A stretch of DNA of 48,927 nucleotides. It comes from Chiloscyllium plagiosum (Eukaryota). Below, piece by piece: positions 47,100 through 48,927 of this stretch. The notes under the pieces were generated by a model. It was not told the DNA's origin, did no database searches, and worked only from the letters and a program-made list of their open reading frames with translations. How positions within the stretch are numbered: the first letter of the stretch is position 1; every line of letters starts with the position of its first letter. The stretch lies in assembly GCF_004010195.1 (NCBI RefSeq), contig NC_057719.1, forward strand, positions 21,919,895-21,968,821, given 5' to 3'. A program made the translations under genes and the position numbers.

Positions 47100-48330
47100 T
47101 CCTGATGTGCATTTTCTGTGACACATCTGGTGTGTCCTCGCAGCTACTTTCATTCTCCACACAGGCTATTTGCATTCCTAACTTTATAGTAGCAGCAAAT
47201 TTAGATATATGATATTGTTACTTCATTTCAATAAATATCTCAGGCATTGACCCTTGTGGTAACCTGCTACTTACACTGTATTAGCCCAAAAATGATCTAT
47301 TTATTTCCCCACATTTTTTATCTGTCTGGCCACCAATATTGAATCCAGTTGCAACTAACTGGATGCTTTTTGAAATTCCTATTGCTATTCACCCATTGTT
47401 TTCCTCTAATCCAGCCCACTAGCCTCAACATCAAAAAACCAACCGGTTTGTTACACATGACTTCCAATTCCTAAATCTGCCTTGGCTTGGTCCAATTTTA
47501 TTATCATTCTCTCAGCACTCTTTCAAAACATCCTTAATAATGATTCAATATTTTCCTAACTATTGAAGGTCAGGCTAACTGACCTAAAGTTCCCCAATTC
47601 TCACTTGAACAATAAGGTTACAGTTACTACTTTAAAATCCATGGAGACTGTTCTAGGCCCAGAAATTTAGAAAAATCAATGCCAATGTGATCTTTGTCAC
47701 TGGCACTTCTAAAAGCTTAGGATGAAGGCTATCAGTCTGGGGACTTGTCAGTTTTCAGTTCCATCAACCTCTTTCGTATGCTATATTTTCATTCCTAATA
47801 CAGTTCCTTTAAATTAATTTTTCTCAATAGAACCTTGGTTCCCTACTTTCTGAGATTTTAAAAAATATTTTCTCTTTCGTTTAATATCTTTTCCACTTAA
47901 TTGCAATTTCTCCTCTGTCTGCCTTGAAGTGGCCCACTATTTAGCATTCACTAATCTCTTTGTCTGCAGAATGTTCTGCAATATAGTTTTATGTCTCTCA
48001 CTATTCATTCTCATATTCTGTTTTCTTACTCTTTAACAATTGTTAAATCCTTTGCTAATTTCTAAAATCCTTCCAGACCTTCGGCTACTCCTCTTTTTTG
48101 AAACTATTATAAGCCTCTTCCTCTAATCTAAACTTGTTAGGCATGGTTAGATACACTTCCTAATGGTTTCTATTTTTTTAGTGCAATCTATATTCATTGT
48201 GAACTATGGATTAATTCTTTAAACTTCTACCATTGTTTTTTTACCAAGATATTTTTAGACTAGCTCACTGACCTATGTTGGGCAACTTGTTAAAGCTACA
48301 TTTTGTTCAAATCTGAATCTGGTTTAGGGC
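47100..48330 (-). mobile_element. Old internal CR1 ORF2 relic
   Basis: Degenerate motifs on the minus strand (gcagcaaattt = KFA.; gtcaggctaactgacctaaagtt = NFRSVSLT; tctggggacttgtc = DKSP). Confidence 0.55.
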
Positions 48331-48440
48331 AACTAAATCATCCTTCAAACTTAACATCAAATTCAACCTTATTATAATCACTCTCAAGTGCAAAGGTTTC
48401 ATGCTTCTCCTACTTTTTCCAATTTTGGGCAGCATTAATA

Positions 48441-48927
48441 ATAGAACGTAGAACATAGAAAAGTACAGAACAGAACAGACCCTTAGGCCCATGATGTTGT
48501 GCCGAGACTTAATTCTAATGTAAAATATAGTAACTTAACCAACGCACCCCTCAACTCACTGCTATCCATGTGCATGTCCAGCAGTCGCTTAAATGTCCCC
48601 AATGACTTCGCTTCCACCACCACAGCTGGTAACGCATTCCATGCATTCACAACTCTCTGCGTAAAGAACTTACCTCTGATGTCTCATTTATACCTTCCTC
48701 CTAATATCTTCAAACTATGACTTCTCGTACCAGTCCATCTTGCCCTGGGCAAAAGTCTCTGGCTATTGACTCTATCTACTCCTCTCGTTATTTTGTACAT
48801 CTCAATCAGGTCTCCTCTCTTCCTCCTTCTCTCCAGAGAGAAAAGTCCGAGCTTATTTAACCTTTCTTCATAAGGCAAGCCATCCAGTTCAGGCAGCATC
48901 CTGGTAAACCTTCTTTGCACCCTCTCC
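48441..48927 (-). mobile_element. CR1 LINE 3' part, continuing beyond the window
   Basis: QRRFTRMLPELDGLPYEERLNKLGLFSLERRRKRGDLIEMYKITRGVDRV; (atagaac) tail. Confidence 0.93.

Overview
Repeat-dense eukaryotic non-coding DNA, intronic or intergenic, almost certainly from a shark or ray. HE1-type tRNA-derived SINEs and their HER1/CR1-type partner LINEs support this assignment. No intact protein-coding gene is recognisable, and every ORF with recognisable motifs belongs to a decayed transposable element. The window holds about 18 CR1 LINE fragments, several L2/Crack-like LINE fragments, 3 HE1 SINEs and Deu-type SINE relics. It also holds about 13 Penelope-like element (PLE) insertions from at least three families, one retaining a frameshifted RT plus GIY-YIG region. 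Other elements are a 712-bp TG..CA solo LTR, a TA-flanked Tc1/mariner-type MITE, a fossil PIF/Harbinger element (HARBI1-like DDE transposase with a Myb/SANT remnant) and local duplications of 28, 149 and about 480 bp. The most notable signal is about 19 minimal type-I hammerhead ribozyme motifs (CUGANGA-A-stem II-GAAA-palindromic stem III-UH) in PLE terminal repeats. These sit in short fold-back mini-elements with 11-18 bp target-site duplications, include a 50-nt tandem pair, and decay repeatedly at one CpG in the catalytic core. Boundaries of old repeats are approximate because they were read by eye.
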